Shown: positions 1 to 13,262 of the stretch, one piece after another
Numbering within the stretch: position 1 is the stretch's first letter
Layout of the letters: each line of letters opens with the position of its first letter
Notes under the pieces: generated by a model
Told to the model about the DNA's origin: nothing
Databases searched by the model: none
Seen by the model: the letters and a program-made list of their open reading frames with translations, nothing else
NCBI GenBank assembly: GCA_002633005.1
Contig: NMRA01000771.1
Location: 93,104-157,103, forward strand
Direction: 5' to 3'
DNA length: 64,000 bases
Source of the DNA: Phoronis australis
Lineage: Eukaryota; Animalia; Phoronida
Program-made: the position numbers and the translations under genes

Positions 1-335
1 CAATTGCTTCTCACACCCTCATGACCCTGCACTTTCACTTATCTGGTTTTATACTTAATATACTGAAGTCCTGATCAGAGATCTGGTCAGTAACTGGCCA
101 CCCGTCTCACCAATATAGTTGTCACTACACTCACCACACTTGTATTGGTAGACCACATCACACCTCTCGAAGGGGGTGACACATCGTTAACTGATGGAAG
201 GATGGACAGAACAGTGTTTAACGGTTTGTGAAAAGACTTGATGTTGTGTTTACAGTAGATAGTCTGAATCCTTACGGAGATGCCTGTGACGTAGGGAATA
301 CACACAGGGAAGTTGATGATAGGAGGATCGGGTAC
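1..335 (-). mobile_element. Penelope-like retroelement fragment (linker/GIY-YIG endonuclease region), decayed
   Basis: ORF 87-305 reads CIPYVTGIS...KSFHKPLNT. The reverse complement matches ~810-1210 (e.g. CAAGTGTGGTGAGTGTA.TGACAACTATAT.GGTGAGACGGGT). Confidence 0.75.
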
Positions 336-374
336 AGTTCTACCATCAGATCCGAGGAGTGCCCATGGGGTCTC

Positions 375-1260
375 TGATCACACCCTTCATTGCTAACATT
401 TTCAAGGAAGATTTTGAGGTTTGTACTATTGCGACAGCGCCAACTCCCACGAAACTGCTATTGATGAATTCAGCGAACACCTCAACAGTCTAGACCCATC
501 AATCCAATTTACCCGGGAACTCGAACAAGATGACACTCTCCCCTTCCTCGACACTTGCATCTGGCTACACGATGATGGTTCCATTTCTATTTAATGCAAG
601 CCTTCGCACGCTGATCAGTATCTCAGCTTTGCATAGAATCACCATCTGTCTACCAAAAGATCAGTAGTATGGACTATACTCAACAGAAATGAAAAACTTG
701 TTTCTGATGACAACAAAAGGGAAGCTGAGGTTCGTAACGTTAAGCAAGCATTCAGTGCCAACAGATATCCTGACTGAATGTTCAATGTACGTAACAAGGA
801 ACGAGTGACCCCCTTGATCCTCCAATCATCAACTTCCCTGTGTGTATTCCTTGTACCAGAGGTGTCTCTGGAGACTATCTATTGTAAACACAACATCAAG
901 TTGTTTCACAAACTGTTTAACACTATTCAGTCCATCCTCCCATCAGCGAAAGCTGAGTCACCCCCCTCGAGAGGTGTGATTTGATTTATGAATCAGAATA
1001 CAAGTGTGGTGAGTGTACTGACAACTATATCGGTGAGACGGGTCACCAGTTATCGACCAGGGATAAGGATCATCGTATTCCCAAGTTTAGACCTATTACT
1101 GCTGTCCAAGAGCATGAGAGAGATTTACGTCACCAGATCTCTGATGAGGACTTCAGTATATTAAGTCTACACCAAAGGAAGTGGAAGCTCAGGGTACGAG
1201 AAACAATTGAGATTTTTGTTATGGGATTCCCCCGACATTAGGGAATACCCGGTACTGTTT
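375..1260 (+). mobile_element. Penelope-like retroelement fragment (RT C-terminus + GIY-YIG), pseudogenised
   Basis: Translates to HLNSLDPSIQFTRELEQDDTLPFLD, then KPSHADQYL, then YKCGECTDNYIGETG..L..R..DH, which are typical Penelope RT-thumb and GIY-YIG motifs. Stops and frameshifts are present. Confidence 0.85.
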
Positions 1261-2480
1261 TCATCGACAGAGGGTGCACCTGGTGGTGAATCAAGTCTGT
1301 GAGATATGGACGAAATGACTGTACACTTACCACATCAAGATACAGTTCTTTGGTTCCAAAAGGGATCTTCACCCAATATTTTCATCACTAAAATGGAACC
1401 CAGCAATAAACATAGTTTCAATATTCTGTATTATCTGCTAATGATTGACAACTGTCCCTCACTTTATTGTAATTTGACTGCAACGCAATGATATGTAATG
1501 CAAACTTCCCTACGGAATATTGACAGGACTGAGAAGAGGTGCGGCAATGGCTATTGAGTTCAAGCACCGCATAGAGTTGTGCTCAAACATTTTTTAATAT
1601 ACTGCGTAAAAGATGATAACAATCCAATTACGTTCCATGGAACAAAATTATTCAGTGCAGCTGAAGGATAGCGGGTGTGCCGGGCACATCTGGAAATTTC
1701 CATTTACATACAGGGCACGCCAAGAATATACTCATTCATTTCCACTAGATCAAACTCTGCGCCGTGCCCAGGCCTTCTGTGTGAACACACCTTGCTATGC
1801 TATGCAAGGTAAACATTGGCATGGGAAAGGTTCACAACCCAGTTTTTGAGTACGAAAATTTATTGCATGATGCTATTGGCAAGCAAGTGTGCATTGATCG
1901 GTTCATACAAAATACCATTATTTGTCTTCCCAAATTCTTGAATAGAATTTATTCCCTTAAACCACAGGGCCCCCGTACATCCAAGGGGAATTTTTGGGCA
2001 TGAGGGGAATTTCGCGTGATTTTTTAACATTTTTAGTGGGGAATGGGGTCAATTTTCAGCCCCAAAATTGAGGGCCGTAAACCAGTTCCTAAGTCAATAA
2101 ACATCCTGTTTATTGCCATATGAAGTGTGACTACATTTCTGGGACACCTTGTATTATCACCAATGCAAATACCTTTTATATTGAATTACTTCATCACTCT
2201 TTTTACAGTCAGTTCTATTATCTATTTTAAAAATCATTCACTGGGTCAGAGAAAAAGCCAGGAGCAATAATTTGTAATCTTGAGACTTGCCTGTAAGCTT
2301 GAAAGTTAGTGCCTTACATTTTAAGCAAGGTAGTTTCTAGCTGTCAGAATAAATATTGATTAAGTAATTAGTAAGAATAGATCTATTTTAAGTTGCCCAA
2401 AATTTGTGCATATGTACTTTTAAATCATGGGGTCAGACTTGTTGACATGTACTTTAATGTCAAAATCTATTTTTAGATGG

Positions 2481-3105
2481 TGTTTACAACTTTGGGTTGT
2501 GGGGTCAAAGTACTCTAGAGATTCTAGAATATTCTGAGAACAAATTGTAACAGCCAATAATGCGAGTGGATATGATCATGTGATTTTTATTAGCCAATCA
2601 CTAAATAAGTAGAATGTTATATTATGGGCTGAAATCAACAAGATAATTAGATGCGCTATAGTAGTTGAAGCATAAAGACTTGCTACAGTGTACAGAAGCA
2701 ATTGTACAACAGAGCCATCTAGTGGAAGATTCTAGAAAGGATCTTGGCAAGGGCAAGGGTTAACAAACAGGAAGTTAACTAAGAGCTTGTCACTTGCATC
2801 ATGGGTAGTAAGATACTACTTAAGTGTTGCGTCATCAGCCAGAGACTGTGACCAGCAAGAAGAATTGCTGGGTAGAAGAAATTGCCTGCAAGTGTTGCAT
2901 CACCAGAGACGGTGACCAGCAAGTACACTGTCGCTATACAGTGTGTGTAGTTCGAAGATTCACCAAGAAGACAGACATCCAACAAGTGGAGAGTCCTATC
3001 TTGGATAGCAGATAAGACATTTGATCGTTTTGGTTGTTTGATTAAAGTAATCTTTAAAAAGGGCGCTAGCGTAGTTACTCTTTGTAGTTGATTACATAAT
3101 TAACA
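2481..3105 (+). mobile_element. possible solo LTR in FMO intron
   Basis: TGTT...AACA ends, CCAAT boxes, ATTAAA near the 3' end, and imperfect flanks (GATGG/ATAGG). No second copy in the window. Confidence 0.25.
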
Positions 3106-3355
3106 ATAGGTTTCATTTGTCCAATTAGGGGTTATCATATAATAAATTGATTACTGAATTTGATTATTCACCCTCCATCTACGCACAATCTCAAAGCATA
3201 GCTACCTTTTAAGCAAACCCACAGTCAATCTCTGACACTAGCAGAAGCATTCAACAAGCATTGTCATAGTTACCTTGGCGTTGTTTCTGCAGATTGGCAT
3301 AAATACAAGTTTTGCTAGGAGAGAAGAACCCTGAAAATGATAATAATCGCCATAC

Positions 3356-3533
3356 CTTAGATGCAACTTTGGATACTTCCAGGGTTATGTCAATGCCTGA
3401 AGGACCAGCTCCCAGCACAACTACCCTCTTCCCGGAGAACTTCTCAGGGTGCCGGTAGCAGTGACTATGCACAACGTCACCACTGAATAAACCAAGGTTC
3501 GGCAGGTCAGGAAAATGTGGCTCAGCAAAATGA
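3356..3533 (-). CDS. flavin-containing monooxygenase, coding exon 4
   Basis: HFAEPHFPDLPNLGLFSGDVVHSHCYRHPEKFSGKRVVVLGAGPSGIDITLEVSKVASK carries the FMO fingerprint FxGxxxHxxxY and the NADPH GxGxxG motif. Boundaries are ttccag acceptor and gtatgg donor. Confidence 0.93.
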
Positions 3534-3941
3534 CTGGAATGTATGGAAAACATTAGTTATGATATCATAATGAATCGTGATCACTAATGAATAAAGTATA
3601 ATGTGTGATGTGGAGCAACATTATGATTAGTAGCAAGTACATACCACATTTCAAACTAGAAGCTCCAACTTGTGTTCAAAGTAAGGTGCAATCGAGAATC
3701 CAAATGTTATACTTTTCATACAGAAAAACTAATGAAGGTGAGTGCATTGGTACTGTTATGATTTTTGTGTAAATTAAGGCAATACAAGACCATAATATGA
3801 ACGCTCTTTTACTTAACCAAAAGTCGGAATCCAAAACAGTGTCAATCAAGGTGGATATTTAGATGCAACATTGGTTCCGAAATAATTTCAAAACCATAAC
3901 CAGAATAAACTTCACTAATGCTTACGACACTTTATACCCAC

Positions 3942-4081
3942 CCATTACAGATCATGATCGCATCAAACTCTTGACATCTCGAAGGTATTCCAGGCTCCTT
4001 CACCAATTTTGTTGTCACGTCCCACAGTGTTGATCCACCAGGCAAAACTCTGGGCTTTACCTGCTCCACTTGAGTAAAGAA
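3942..4081 (-). CDS. flavin-containing monooxygenase, coding exon 3 (not in the ORF track)
   Basis: Manual translation gives FFTQVEQVKPRVLPGGSTLWDVTTKLVKEPGIPSRCQEFDAIMICNG. Boundaries are tttcag acceptor and gtgggt donor, with phases compatible with exons 2 and 4. Confidence 0.9.
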
Positions 4082-4430
4082 CTGAAAGAAGGCAAACACT
4101 CAGGGGTAAGAACTAAAAACAGACAAAAATTTATCTCTCATCCGATTTAACATTTTTAAGTGTTTTAAAGCAGCACTTTCAGCTAAGACATGAAAAAGAA
4201 ACACCCTACTTAAGCTTCAAACTGGACTTCATTGCCACAACTCTGGTTCATTTAGAACTTAACATTGAGACAGAATTGAAGTCATCAAATTTTGGAGACG
4301 TTGGTCAATCAAGTGCTCACTTGTAAACTCTCTCAACATTCTTTATCAGAACCAAAATTAGGTCCTAATATATTACGACAAAAGAAGAGATCAAATTGGA
4401 AGGCGTATTTTCATATTCCAAGGGACACAC

Positions 4431-4569
4431 CTGAATGTACTTCATAAGTGAGTAATGTGAAGTGTAGTCTTCCAAGTACTTCAATACATCTTTATGACCA
4501 ACAAATGATGGCAGGCTCTTGTCAAATGGAAAGTCTGGGAAGGCCATCACTTCCTTGGGAAGATTTGTT
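4431..4569 (-). CDS. flavin-containing monooxygenase, coding exon 2
   Basis: TNLPKEVMAFPDFPFDKSLPSFVGHKDVLKYLEDYTSHYSLMKYIQ, with tgtag acceptor and gtgtgt donor. Confidence 0.93.
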
Positions 4570-7500
4570 CTACAATTTGCAAAATAATGAAAGAACACAA
4601 CAGTAACAACATCAGGAAAGCTTCATGTAGTAACTGTTGTTAACAGACACCAACTGCCCTTGAAACCAGAAAGGTCAACAACTGCAGGATGGATGATCAA
4701 TTTCCACATTGCTAAGGTAGAAAAATGCCTTAAAAGGTTGACCTACTTTTTGAAATGCAGGGATGTTAAAACATTTCTGAGACAAATCAGACAAGTGCTA
4801 AACATTTCATAGAGCCTCAATCAACTTTTTAATTTTATGCCTGCATTGCAACACACAGTAAAACTTCTGTAAAATGTCATTCTCATTCAAATATCAAACT
4901 AATTTTCATGTAAAGTAGTGATTAGCATGTGTACAGCTGTAGCACAAGTGCCCCATGGATGGGCAGCATCGTGGATCAGTACCACCAAATCGGAACTATT
5001 CAAAGAGCTTCAGACCACCCACACTTAATTTGGTGACGGTAACTTTGTGGAAGAAAAAAACTTCATTGAAAACACAACCAAACGTCTTGTTTGAAAGCTT
5101 GATACAGAGTCACTTGTTGTGTAAAAAAATCTTCTTTCTTCAGGTTTGCAGCTATGTAGCAAAACAACGAGAGACATAAAAACAAATTAAAATACTATCA
5201 AGACTGCCTGTCTTATCATCAGGCAATAAGTGGAATGAACATATGCGAAGCGAAATAAACAGTGACATAAATGTGACAACAAGAAGAGGGGCATACAAGT
5301 ATAGAATTTGAATGCAATCACAAGTCAACTGAAACAGAGCCGGCGTGTGGTACACACCAGTGAGCTGCTCATTCAACCCAGGTTTTTCATCGACTGATCA
5401 ATAGCGATTCTACAATCTTTAGCCAAAATGTGTCATTTTCAACATGGCGAATGATGGTATTGTCTACTATTTCTTGCCAAGTTATTTTTCAGCCATATTG
5501 GTGAACAAAATGATCTTGAATGGACCCGCCCTGCAAGTGCATTACAACCGTCGCGAGAAAGAGTCAACGTGGGTCCAATGTTAATTGTTCACGAGAATTA
5601 GGACAAAGTCATTCGTCCATATGACATGTGAATTGGTAAAAAAACATTACATTTGGCCACTGGTCATGATCTTTCACGACTGGGGTTGTTTTTCATGACT
5701 TAATGTTCTCATAATAATTTACTACATTCAATCTATCACCACGTTTGACCACCTAAACCTTATCCCTTACAATCTTCTTAAGCACATGCTTGGTATTCAC
5801 ATAATTATTAGACAAACCGTTCTTATACTAAATATTGTTAGTGGTACTAGGACTACATGGCTACACGCCTGAAGAAAGGAGATTGTTTTGACACTACGAA
5901 CGACTCAGTACCAAGTTTTCAAACAAGAAGTTTAGTCATGTTTTCAATGAAGTTTGTGTTAATGAATGGCTGCTTCTGAACTATATGGAGAAAAAAAATG
6001 GAGAATTACACCTACCACAAAAAAAATTTGGAGCTGGTGTCAAGAATGTCAACGAGTCATTAGGGGCCATTTATGTCGCCCAATGACTCTAAAATCAAAT
6101 ACTTTAGTTAGGCTAAAGAAAGAAGTATAATTGATTCTCGCCTGTTTTCTTGGAAATCAATGCAATGTTTTTTAATTGTCTACAGTATATTTTCAAAATC
6201 TCCTGGTACCAGCTGAAATGGGTGGGGATCCTTCTTTTACATCACTTGCACCAGAGGATGTGACGTCATAACCCCTGGAATGAGCAGTGTAAAAATGGCC
6301 AGTTGCCGCGTGTGCAACTGAATGGAAGGACTGTAGAAGTACTATATTAGTTCAAGCTGGGAGGTGTGGAAAACATCAAAGGCCTCCTAAGGTGTCCCAC
6401 AGCACCATATAATGCAAAAGGTAGATATAGCAACATGACTAAGGTGGTTTAATGAGTGTGGAGCATAATTTAAAAAAGCTTCCAGAGTACGGAGGGCCTA
6501 TGGGATGGCCACCATCTCTACTGGGGCCAGTTGAGATTGCTGGTCTAGATTTTACTCATGATGGATGGAGCTCAATGAGCCATTAGCAGTGCGTAGATAT
6601 AGGTAGGCAATTACATTGCCTGTGTAGGTCGCAGCCAGGTCTATACGCGACGCCTTAGACAGAGCCAAGGTCTCTACTTAGCAGTTGAGACAGTGATACT
6701 CCCATTGGGCCTTCACATGCCCAAAGTTTTTCGGCGAATTAAGCCTCACACATGAATAAACCATCAAAGTCACGTTACCATAAGATACAACATACTCATA
6801 TCCCCTGGCGCGTATACTGTAAAAACAGACAGTTGCCGATTTGGATAACTGAATGAAGGACTGCTCAAAAAAGTTTGTTTACGAGAGTATTGCTTCGAGT
6901 TGGAAGGAATTGAAGACATCGACAGGCTCCTAAGCCAAAAGGTACAAAGGTACTTTTGCCAAAAAGCTTCTGGTGTAAGGTCCTATAATGGGAGCATCAC
7001 CGTTTCAACTGCTTAATACACGAGTATCTTGTTCTAGGTAAGTCTGTGAGTGGTTGGCACTTAAGTCCAGCAATGATCAGATATAGCACCCCCTGCATGA
7101 TTTTGAGAACCATGTTTCATCCACTGAATAATTAATGAGCCCCTTATTAATGGATCGTTATTCAGTGATTGGTTTGTTCTCAAAATCAGGGCCCACTATA
7201 TCTAAGTTCTTACTGTAAAAGATACAGATGCAAGTGTTGTATTGCTGAACAGGTTCACTAGTTATGCCTCACGGAAAGTACTTTAAACAATGTACGGCCA
7301 ATCTGTACGGCTGAAAGCCTAAACAACCAGCTTCCACCAAGGTCCAGATTTGGGCAAATTAAAGACCCTACATAACGGCCAAATGACTTTTGAACATGTT
7401 AAATATCTGTGTCATTGATCGACACAAACATATCATCCCTCCCTTTACTCCTGGCATTAGCTAATTACGTCAATTACTATCGTACGACCCCATCATGAAC

Positions 7501-10489
7501 CCCATTTAGTGCCGAAAAAAAACTTTAGGTGGCGCTCGTTTTAATCGACGCAAATGACGTCATCGTTGGTATCCAAGACGTATCGAACAGTCCGTTGCCA
7601 CAGGAAGCTTACCTTACAGTGTCTGGTGCATATTTCAAGTCACAGATTTTCAAAATTACAACTGTTAGAGACAACCAAGCTCAAATACTATACGACACTT
7701 ATCTCGACACTTCCACGTGCATGTAATATCCTACAACTCACTGTCCCTTGATAGTTTAGCGTCGCCAAAGACAGTAGCGCGTTCTCGGTGGGGACCACTT
7801 ACTCAGTCTAACATCAAATACTTATTCACAAAGACGTCGGGATTTAACGAACAGATTTAACAAACAGGGTCCCTGCATGCATTGGGGGACAGGTTTGCAA
7901 TGAATGGAGATTTGTCGGACCCACGGCGACATCCTGGCGGAATGCGTGTACCGGAGAATTAATTTGTTTGTAGTCGCTCCGTGATAATTACGGGATTATG
8001 TCGGGGAGTAAGTCGGCGTTACACATCTTAACGAAGCGAAAGGCTCACTCGCAGCACGATGAAAAAGAATGACCCGAGACCTTTCGCACTTGGGTTAGAA
8101 AAGTATAGGCATAATACCTTGCAATGGACGGACGTTCAATGAAAAGTACTGCGAAATGGAAGATTAAGAAAATGAAGAAACAACGTTTGGATGGATTAGC
8201 GCCGTGTATGTTCAAGCCAGAGGAATCCGAGTAAAGTGAAACAGAAGGGGAAACTTACCGGCCAATTGTCACGGAACTCGCTACGGACCGTCATTTGAAG
8301 ACAAAGGCATTTTACACAAAGCATACGAAACTTAACCCGTAACCGACGCAGCTAGCTGCACGCCAATTAGAGAGACCTGCAGGAAAATCTAAGTGCGATT
8401 GAAGTGGAAACAAAATATTGAGCACAAAGGACAAAGTTAGCGCTGCGAATAGGTTGTCATATTTAAACTAGTGTTCAATTTGAAAGACCAATCGCACAAG
8501 GCATTTTATACCTTGAAGTCAGGGAAATACGCCGTTCACGTCATAGCACAACCCATCGACATGCTGACTGCACACTTTTTTCAGTGCGTGCCTCCAAAGT
8601 GTACCCAAAGCCGTATTGCCTGACGTTCACGTGCGGGGTTTATAAGTGCACCCTTTCCTGATGTTAGATTTCAAAGAATGTGCCACAAAACTCAAGTTGA
8701 ATCAGCGCTCATCTTATGGTCACGTGCATTCGAGTATATGCGACACCCAAGCACTTAATCGAGCCAAGCCAGTGCAATATTTTATTTAGAACGGCCGCCG
8801 TACTCTTTTGATGTGCGACTTGGGAGGTGTGCACCTCTACGTTCTCACCGGTGGAGCACGTGATACATTGGCTGATGAGTGACAGATGACTCGACATATA
8901 TATGTCGCGCGTGCTGTCCCAGAAAAGAGGGCTTGAGAATTTGTTGTCGACTTACTTTTATTCTGATGCAAGACAAGTTGTGACCGTCGTTTGGCAAGTA
9001 ACAGCCAAGGGTTGTCATCTTTACGTTTGTTTTTTGCGATAAAAAAGAGACGTATGCTACATTCACCCACACCGTTAATTGACGACATATCTGAGCCACG
9101 ATCGTATAAAATGGTACCGACCATGTCACGGTGATTTATTCCCGAGGATATTGTTAGTGGATAATCAAGACATCTTACGTGAAAAATAAGTATTTTTTCC
9201 ACCACAGAGTTCGGTAAGTTTGCCGTAGTCAGATTCAGTACGAAACGTAGCTGTTGTAGGACCTTTTACGTGGGTGCAAATACTTCGAAAATTGGTTCGT
9301 CGTGGGTCGTGAGTGAATTGATGGCAGATCCTATCCGAGATCTACGCCGCTGTTCTGTTCGAAGGGTGTTTTGCCTCACACCATTGTTTTGCTTAGTAAT
9401 ATTGAATTATCAGTCGACATTGATGCCTAACGTCGGCGATGTCTCTAATTCGTGATGTTCCTTGAGCAAAACTACTTTGTTTTTTACTGTCCCAGCAGCC
9501 GATCAGGTGCTCACTACAGGTTGTGGTTAGCGCGGTAATGTGTTGCTCGTTCTCCACGATGATGTCAATAGGCCAGTCTACTGTGATTCGTGGAGAGAAT
9601 AAAAGGGGTTTCTGATGGGGGCACATTAATATGGGGGGCACAAAATCCGTGTGTAGTAATTAGTTAGTGGTTGTGTGGAATAAAACGAAACAAAGATATG
9701 TTGCACAAAAGTACATGTATTTAACATATCTAAAAGGCAGTTGGCTCATTTTATAGGGACTTTAAGTTCCCGGGTTTGGCGATGTTTTTATGGTGGTGTA
9801 CCATCCGGGAAACTATCACACGGACGAATCACAGGACAGCACAAGACAAGTTCAAGGACCGACGAATGATGTTGACTATTACAATACAACTTGTGTCACA
9901 AGCTCCAGTAAAACCTATAAGGGTCTCCTAATTTTTAGGCAATTTGATCACCCTGAATCTACCGTCAAAGGCCCTAAAGTCGTGAGGGCCCTAAAGTCGT
10001 GAACAATCTTATTTCCTCTTCTGCGCGGTCCTGCGACATCTGGCGTTGAAGTTTCCAGCGTTCGTCTGCTTACGAACGTCAAACGAATACCCGGACGTGT
10101 TCGTATTAACAATATGATAACAAACAGTGAGTGAGTGGCTTCTTTTTTCAAATGTATCTTAAAAACAGCATATTTCACTAATTCACTTTTTTGGGCATTT
10201 TTGGGATATATTTTCGAAAATATTTATCGTTCAGATTTACTCAAACACGCGCTCCAGGGGTAGCAATGTATCAAAATGTCCCAGGGTTGATCAAGTTTTG
10301 TAAGGCCAAAACAATAAAATACAGAGCGATAATTGATGCTGGGTTCTTAGCGTTTTACGTGAACAACCTCATTGAAAACGTCTGTGCACATCAAAGTTGG
10401 GTGCAAAACTTATAACAATTTATTTCAATTGAAACTGAATTAATAAACAATGCAATGCATTTTTATGTCATCTAGAGTACACATAGGGT

Positions 10490-12664
10490 ACCTAATTATC
10501 GGACGGAACCTAAATATCGGACATTTCATAGAATCTTACTTGAAGCATAATCTGAGAATTAAATGACACCAATTTTTGTTCCGTTGTAATGCATTCAGTG
10601 TCCGGCACCGTCTCGTTTTTTACAGCGTTGCCTCGTTTTGATTTCACCGAGAGAGGGTGCAATTTAGACCCCCAAGTCAGCCTAAAATGGACGATCGCAT
10701 AAATCGGTTATAAAAGTTGAAAATAAAATCTTTTTCCACAATGAAACCATCTCATTGAACAGAACATATGTCACTGTTCCATTTTTTCGTTTGTTTTTAA
10801 ACTCAAGTCAAACCCCGACCGCGCACGTGCGGGTGTCATATCAAGAAGCCTAAGTGATACTAAAAACTGCAGTGAGTTTGCACGTGCTTTATTCGTCTGC
10901 ACTAATTCATTGAAGCGACTTGGCGCCGTCATCACTGAGATTTCATTTCATGGATAATTTTGTTGCGAATGGACCTGGGTTCTAGCAGCATATATGTCGA
11001 AACACTCGAGCTGAAATTTGGCGACAAGGTGCCCGCGGCCATTACGTGGTTAGTCAGTTTTCCGCGGTGTGGCGTATGGAGAAACATGGTGTCCGATATT
11101 TAGGTTCTCCGTAGTGTTGTGTTTTTTGAAGATCAGTCGGAACATAAATGTGGCTTTCAGTGACAAGATATACACTCCGAAACCCTATAGTCGTCCGCCT
11201 AAGCATAAAACCGGCTTGTTGTCTTACTCACCCAATTATTCCACTTCAAAGTTGTGATCTGAATAGGACTTGATTTAACTCTCACAAATATATAGTATTC
11301 GTTGATTCAAACGTTTTCTTTTACTTAAGCCGAGTTGTTCAACTGTGCATTGGTTTTCGGCAGCCATTTTATAATGACACCTATGGTCGTCATGTGCTGC
11401 CGCCTTTTGAAAGGACAGAAAACCACACAGAAAAAGGCCAAGAAAATAGTGGAAAGTGGTTTACAGCAACTCTACTTCAACCACAAACTGTTTTACTGGT
11501 ATGATATCGATTTTTAAATCGATTAAAATTGATTTAGAATTTCAGTTCTGGAAAATAAATCACAATTGTTTTATTCCAGGCAGACCTTACTTATTTTGTA
11601 TTTGTGACCTCTTTATTTGACTTTTTGCTCTTGTTGTTCTTAACATCACTTATCTCTGCTGTCCTTCTTTTTCTTTTCAGTTTCTCTTCATTCTCTGTTA
11701 ACACCTTGTCAGCCAAAACAGAACTGTAAGCCTTTGAGACTTGGTAGGCGGAAGTTGATCATTGAACCTCGATACAATTGTTCTAATAAATTACCCATAA
11801 TTGTATTGTTTGATTTTTTCTCATCTTTAACAGGCTTCTGCATTCATAAATAAATAAATAAATACCCAAGTTGCATTTGAATTTTATTGCTCAATCTCTT
11901 CTTTTATTTTTGATTATGTCATGCTGTGTTGTATGTAACAAATGCAATATAGTGAAATAAAGTCAATGTTTTACTTTATTGGTGGCCATTCTCTATCAAT
12001 TCAAGTATTTTAATTTTCTTCAAATAAATTCAAAATGCTTTAACCAAAATTTTCAACATAAATGTTGAGTTCAGTACTGTGTTTTGCAATAAAAAAACAA
12101 GTGAACAATATTTTGATGACCAAGGCGTGGGCCGAAACTGTTAAGCACCCAGCGTGTTCCATTTGTCTGCTGCGTTTTTCCTTTGGCCTAACAGATGTCG
12201 GTTAGTGCCTGGGACAAATAGATACATTGCATAAACAATCCCTGGGTTGCTTTTTGTTCCGTCTGAAGAAAATTTAATTTCGAAAATATCTTCTGAAAAT
12301 GAACAAAAAAGTGCATTAGTAAAATCAACAAGTTTTTAAGTGGTCTCAAAAAAACAGTCGGTAAATGCATTAATTTTAGTCTCAGTTCTTCCACGCGTGT
12401 TTCTCCCGAGAGGTTAGTACCTAACGTGCAGACGAGCGTTCCAAATTGGAACGCTAAGTCCCGCGTGGCAGCGCTGCACGCGAAACAAGATGGCGGACGA
12501 CCTTTGGAGACTGACGACGAGAGGTAATCGGACTATAGTAACAGAACAATTCCGTGAAGGTAAATCTTTATTTCAGCAAAGAATTTACAACAATCCGTAA
12601 TGTTTTCAATTAAATATAATGCAAAATGTGCCAAAACGTCCGATAATTAGGTCACTTGACTGTA
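10490..12664. mobile_element. non-autonomous TIR element(s), pogo/Tigger-like ends, in FMO intron 1
   Basis: CCTAATTATCGGAC (~10491) is inverted to GTCCGATAATTAGG...CTGTA (~12638-12664). An inner pair GAACCTAAATATCGGACA (~10506) / TGTCCGATATTTAGGTTC (~11090) is also present. Confidence 0.45.
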
Positions 12665-13059
12665 ACTGTACGCACTGTAGTTGACTTGTGAGGTCTTACT
12701 TCGTGTATTTCCGTCTAACCGAAACGGTCACGACTTTAGGGCCTCATTCAAAATGGCCGCCGATATCAGCGACCGTTTCAAAACTCTGCTTACGGAGACA
12801 AACAAGGATTAAGATTGTCAAAACACGTATATTTGTGATGGCTGACATATGTCCATGACATCTTATGAGCAGTTGCTAACGGACATTGGGTAGTATGACA
12901 ATCGGCACTTATTATGCTTATATTCACGACTTTAGGTCACCGGTGTGTAAATGTACCGCGGCCAATCGAGGCGCAACGTGTTGCCTACCTTATTTTGTAC
13001 TACATGCATCATAACTAGCTAGTACTAACCAAACAAAACAAAACAAAACCATTTCTCAC

Positions 13060-13262
13060 ATTAAACTCTTGTACATGCTGGAGTGTATCGGCAGGCCGTA
13101 TTCATCTGAACCAGTGTTGTCCGAGTAGACCCACGTTCCACCGACACATCCCGTTTGCTCAAAAGCAATAATTTCATAAATCTGCGGTCTTGACGCTAGA
13201 TGACGTAAAGCTACCAAACCAGCGGCGCCACTTCCTACAACTGCTACGCGAATACGTTTCAT
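13060..13262 (-). CDS. flavin-containing monooxygenase, first coding exon; the gene continues beyond the left edge of the window
   Basis: MKRIRVAVVGSGAAGLVALRHL...FEQTGCVGGTWVY...HSSMYKSL carries the FAD-binding GxGxxG and GGTW motifs. The phase-2 gtgaga donor joins exon 2 across an ~8.5 kb intron. Confidence 0.93.

Noticed and set aside
1331-1425. Minus-strand AG...GTAAGT-bounded segment as FMO exon 5
   Set aside because: Stops occur in all three frames and there is no FMO similarity.
12489-12560. AAGATGGCGGAC start with downstream GT donors as a nested gene
   Set aside because: Very short, lies inside a TIR-bounded element, and has no supporting exons.
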